This document shows, in pieces, positions 45,436 to 47,106 of a stretch of DNA of 47,106 nt. The notes beneath the pieces were generated by a model. That model was not told the origin of the DNA, ran no database searches, and saw only the letters and a list, made by a program, of their open reading frames with translations. The translations under genes were made by a program, and so were the position numbers. This DNA is from Candidatus Amesbacteria bacterium RIFCSPLOWO2_01_FULL_48_25 (GTDB taxonomy: Bacteria; Patescibacteriota; Microgenomatia; CAZETR01; Amesbacteraceae), in assembly GCA_001773695.1 (NCBI GenBank), contig MEXN01000003.1:91547-138652 (forward strand). The letters run 5' to 3'. Numbering within the stretch: the first letter of the stretch is position 1; every line of letters starts with the position of its first letter.

Positions 45436-45855
45436 TTAATTAGTTAATTGGTTAATTAGTTCATTGAGGCCGCCGCCGTTCCATTTGGCCAGTTCGTTGC
45501 CGTTTGTATCTACCTGAACAAACGTATGCTGATAAGTGATGCCATACTTGGCCTTGAGAGTTGTTTCCCGATCGTAATCTGTCCTGAAAATAACGACGTC
45601 GGTAGGGATTTGAGCTGCGTTTACGGTGAAGTCCTCGTTGGCGACGCTGCAAGTGGGGCACCAGGTGGCGTAAAAATAGAGCACCCTGCGTTTGTTGATC
45701 GCGGCTGCGAAAGCTGCGGGGGTGTAGTCAACATAATTGGACTGGGTGGTATCTTGTAATTGAGAAGGGGGGTTTGGTTTTTGGGTAAAAAGATATCCAG
45801 CTGCGGCTGTGGGAATCAAAATTAGGAAGGCGAGGATGACGGCTTTGGCTGACAT
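45436..45855 (-). CDS. Membrane-anchored thioredoxin-like protein
   Basis: FYATWCPTC, YGITYQHT; start MSAKAV at 45855. Confidence 0.88.
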   Translation of the reverse strand: MSAKAVILAFLILIPTAAAGYLFTQKPNPPSQLQDTTQSNYVDYTPAAFAAAINKRRVLYFYATWCPTCSVANEDFTVNAAQIPTDVVIFRTDYDRETTLKAKYGITYQHTFVQVDTNGNELAKWNGGGLNELINQLTN

Positions 45856-45872
45856 GTGACTATAATAGTAAC

Positions 45873-46799
45873 ATGCGAAAGAAGCTGGCGGTCGCGGTCT
45901 TGGTGTTGGGGCCGATTGTTCTAATGGGCGCTTACTTTGAGTGGGGATATAGTCAGAATAAAAAAGTTTCATTCGAGGGAGAGGTGCGGCAATACCGGTT
46001 GCATCGGCCGATAGGATATTTTGGCAAAGATAACTTACCACTAGTAGTTGCTTTGCACGGGTATGGAGATAGTCCAAGATTTATGGAGATGTATTCAGGA
46101 TGGTCGGCTCTGGCGGACCGGGAAAAGTTTATCGTCGCTTATCCATACGGGTCCAATGCCTGGTGGGATAAGAATTTGTCGTGGAACGGGGGATCGTGCT
46201 GTGGAGTAGCTTTAGTGGCCCAAAAAAACGATGTGGGATTTGTCAACCAAGTTATACAAGACGTAATCTCAAAATATCGAGTTGACGTAAATAAGATTTA
46301 CCTGACCGGCTTTTCCAATGGTTCGCTTCTGGCTTACCGCTTTGTGACCGAGGGAGATAGCCCGGTCCGAGCTTTGGGGATAGTAGCTGGGTCGACCGGG
46401 GGAAGAAGCCTAGGGCAGGGGGAATATTTCCGGATAAACCCTCCTTCCGACTTGGTGAGTTTGGTCATGATTCATGGGCTACAGGATAGGGTCGTCCCCT
46501 ACTCCGGAGGCCCGAACGAATATCTAAATGTAAAGGGGTTGGTGAGATTTGACGCTTTTACCGGCGGGGTTGGTCTTTGGCGAAACTCAGACGGATGCAG
46601 CACACAAGAAACAACCAAAACCGCGGAAGTAGAAATTGTGGAGTGGAAAAATTGCAGTGATGGCGCACAAGTAACGGCTTATACCGCTACCCGGCTGGGG
46701 CATACCTGGCCGGGGGGACTTATGGAGTGGCTAATGACGGGGAGAATGGGAGAATTTTCCGCCACGAAGACCATTTGGGAGTTTTTCCAAAAGATTTAG
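45873..46799 (+). CDS. PHB depolymerase/LpqC-like esterase
   Basis: LVVALHG, WNGGSCCG, GFSNG, HGLQD, GHTWPGG. Confidence 0.88.
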   Translation: MRKKLAVAVLVLGPIVLMGAYFEWGYSQNKKVSFEGEVRQYRLHRPIGYFGKDNLPLVVALHGYGDSPRFMEMYSGWSALADREKFIVAYPYGSNAWWDKNLSWNGGSCCGVALVAQKNDVGFVNQVIQDVISKYRVDVNKIYLTGFSNGSLLAYRFVTEGDSPVRALGIVAGSTGGRSLGQGEYFRINPPSDLVSLVMIHGLQDRVVPYSGGPNEYLNVKGLVRFDAFTGGVGLWRNSDGCSTQETTKTAEVEIVEWKNCSDGAQVTAYTATRLGHTWPGGLMEWLMTGRMGEFSATKTIWEFFQKI

Positions 46800-46801
46800 G
46801 C

Positions 46802-46942
46802 TTACCTAACAATGGCAGCGATGATAATGAAAACCGCTACGACCAGCACACCTCCAACAAGGACCAGGTCATTGAACATGACCGTTTGTTTGCCGGATTG
46901 AGACGGGGCAGCTGATACGGATCTAGTTACTTTCTTGGCCGT
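46802..46942 (-). CDS. Small tail-anchored membrane protein (~46 aa), possible ACG start
   Basis: GGAGGTGA-5 nt-ACG GCC AAG AAA; product xAKKVTRSVSAAPSQSGKQTVMFNDLVLVGGVLVVAVFIIIAAIVR; TTGACA upstream at 47001-46996. Confidence 0.55.
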   Translation of the reverse strand, partial: TAKKVTRSVSAAPSQSGKQTVMFNDLVLVGGVLVVAVFIIIAAIVR

Positions 46943-47019
46943 AGTAATCACCTCCAAACTGGAATGTATCCACTATGACTGAGCCGAGGTAGGCTTGTCA
47001 ATGGTAAAATTAGATTCAT

Positions 47020-47090
47020 TGGGGGATCTGCTAACGGTAGGCATACAGACTCTGAATCTGTCAATCTAGGTTCGAATCCTAGTCCCCCAG
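47020..47090 (+). tRNA. tRNA-Gln (CTG)
   Basis: TGGGGGA/TCCCCCA acceptor stem, ACAGA-CTCTGAA-TCTGT anticodon arm, GGTTCGAATCC T arm; CCA not encoded. Confidence 0.95.
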
Positions 47091-47106
47091 CACATTGGTA
47101 CGATAC

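Noticed and set aside
45856-46077. Long N-terminal extension of the thioredoxin ORF
   Set aside because: Antisense to the esterase; the signal anchor begins at Met 45855.

Overview
Densely packed, streamlined bacterial chromosome segment. It probably comes from a Patescibacteria/CPR (Microgenomates-like) organism, inferred from overlapping genes, few Shine-Dalgarno sites, Pro/Thr-linker surface proteins and a type IV pilus cluster. Housekeeping content: typA, Mn-type SOD, secA, serS, lysS, greA, lon with a CIRCE operator, PGM/PMM, glucan phosphorylase, a P-type ATPase, ZIP and VIT transporters, a pilB-pilC-pilin cluster, dipZ/thioredoxin, tRNA-Glu(CTC) and tRNA-Gln(CTG). Two non-obvious systems stand out. 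(1) A tandem array of single-gene cassettes at the 3' end of secA: the terminal KKCHxxN-stop codons recur twice downstream, each time fused to the same ~25-bp arm. This looks like repeated site-specific integration that swaps the secA tail, with no integrase in the window. (2) A miniature serine T-box riboswitch (ultrashort stem I with UCC specifier, UGGC bulge matching G73, terminator) ahead of a phosphoserine-phosphatase-like gene and serS. Also seen: a GTAG-REP-like insertion, an in-frame palindromic insertion in dipZ, palindromic bidirectional -10 promoters, a membrane-anchored Clp ATPase with a degenerate first ring, and several unannotated small membrane proteins. All calls were made by eye; no database searches were run.
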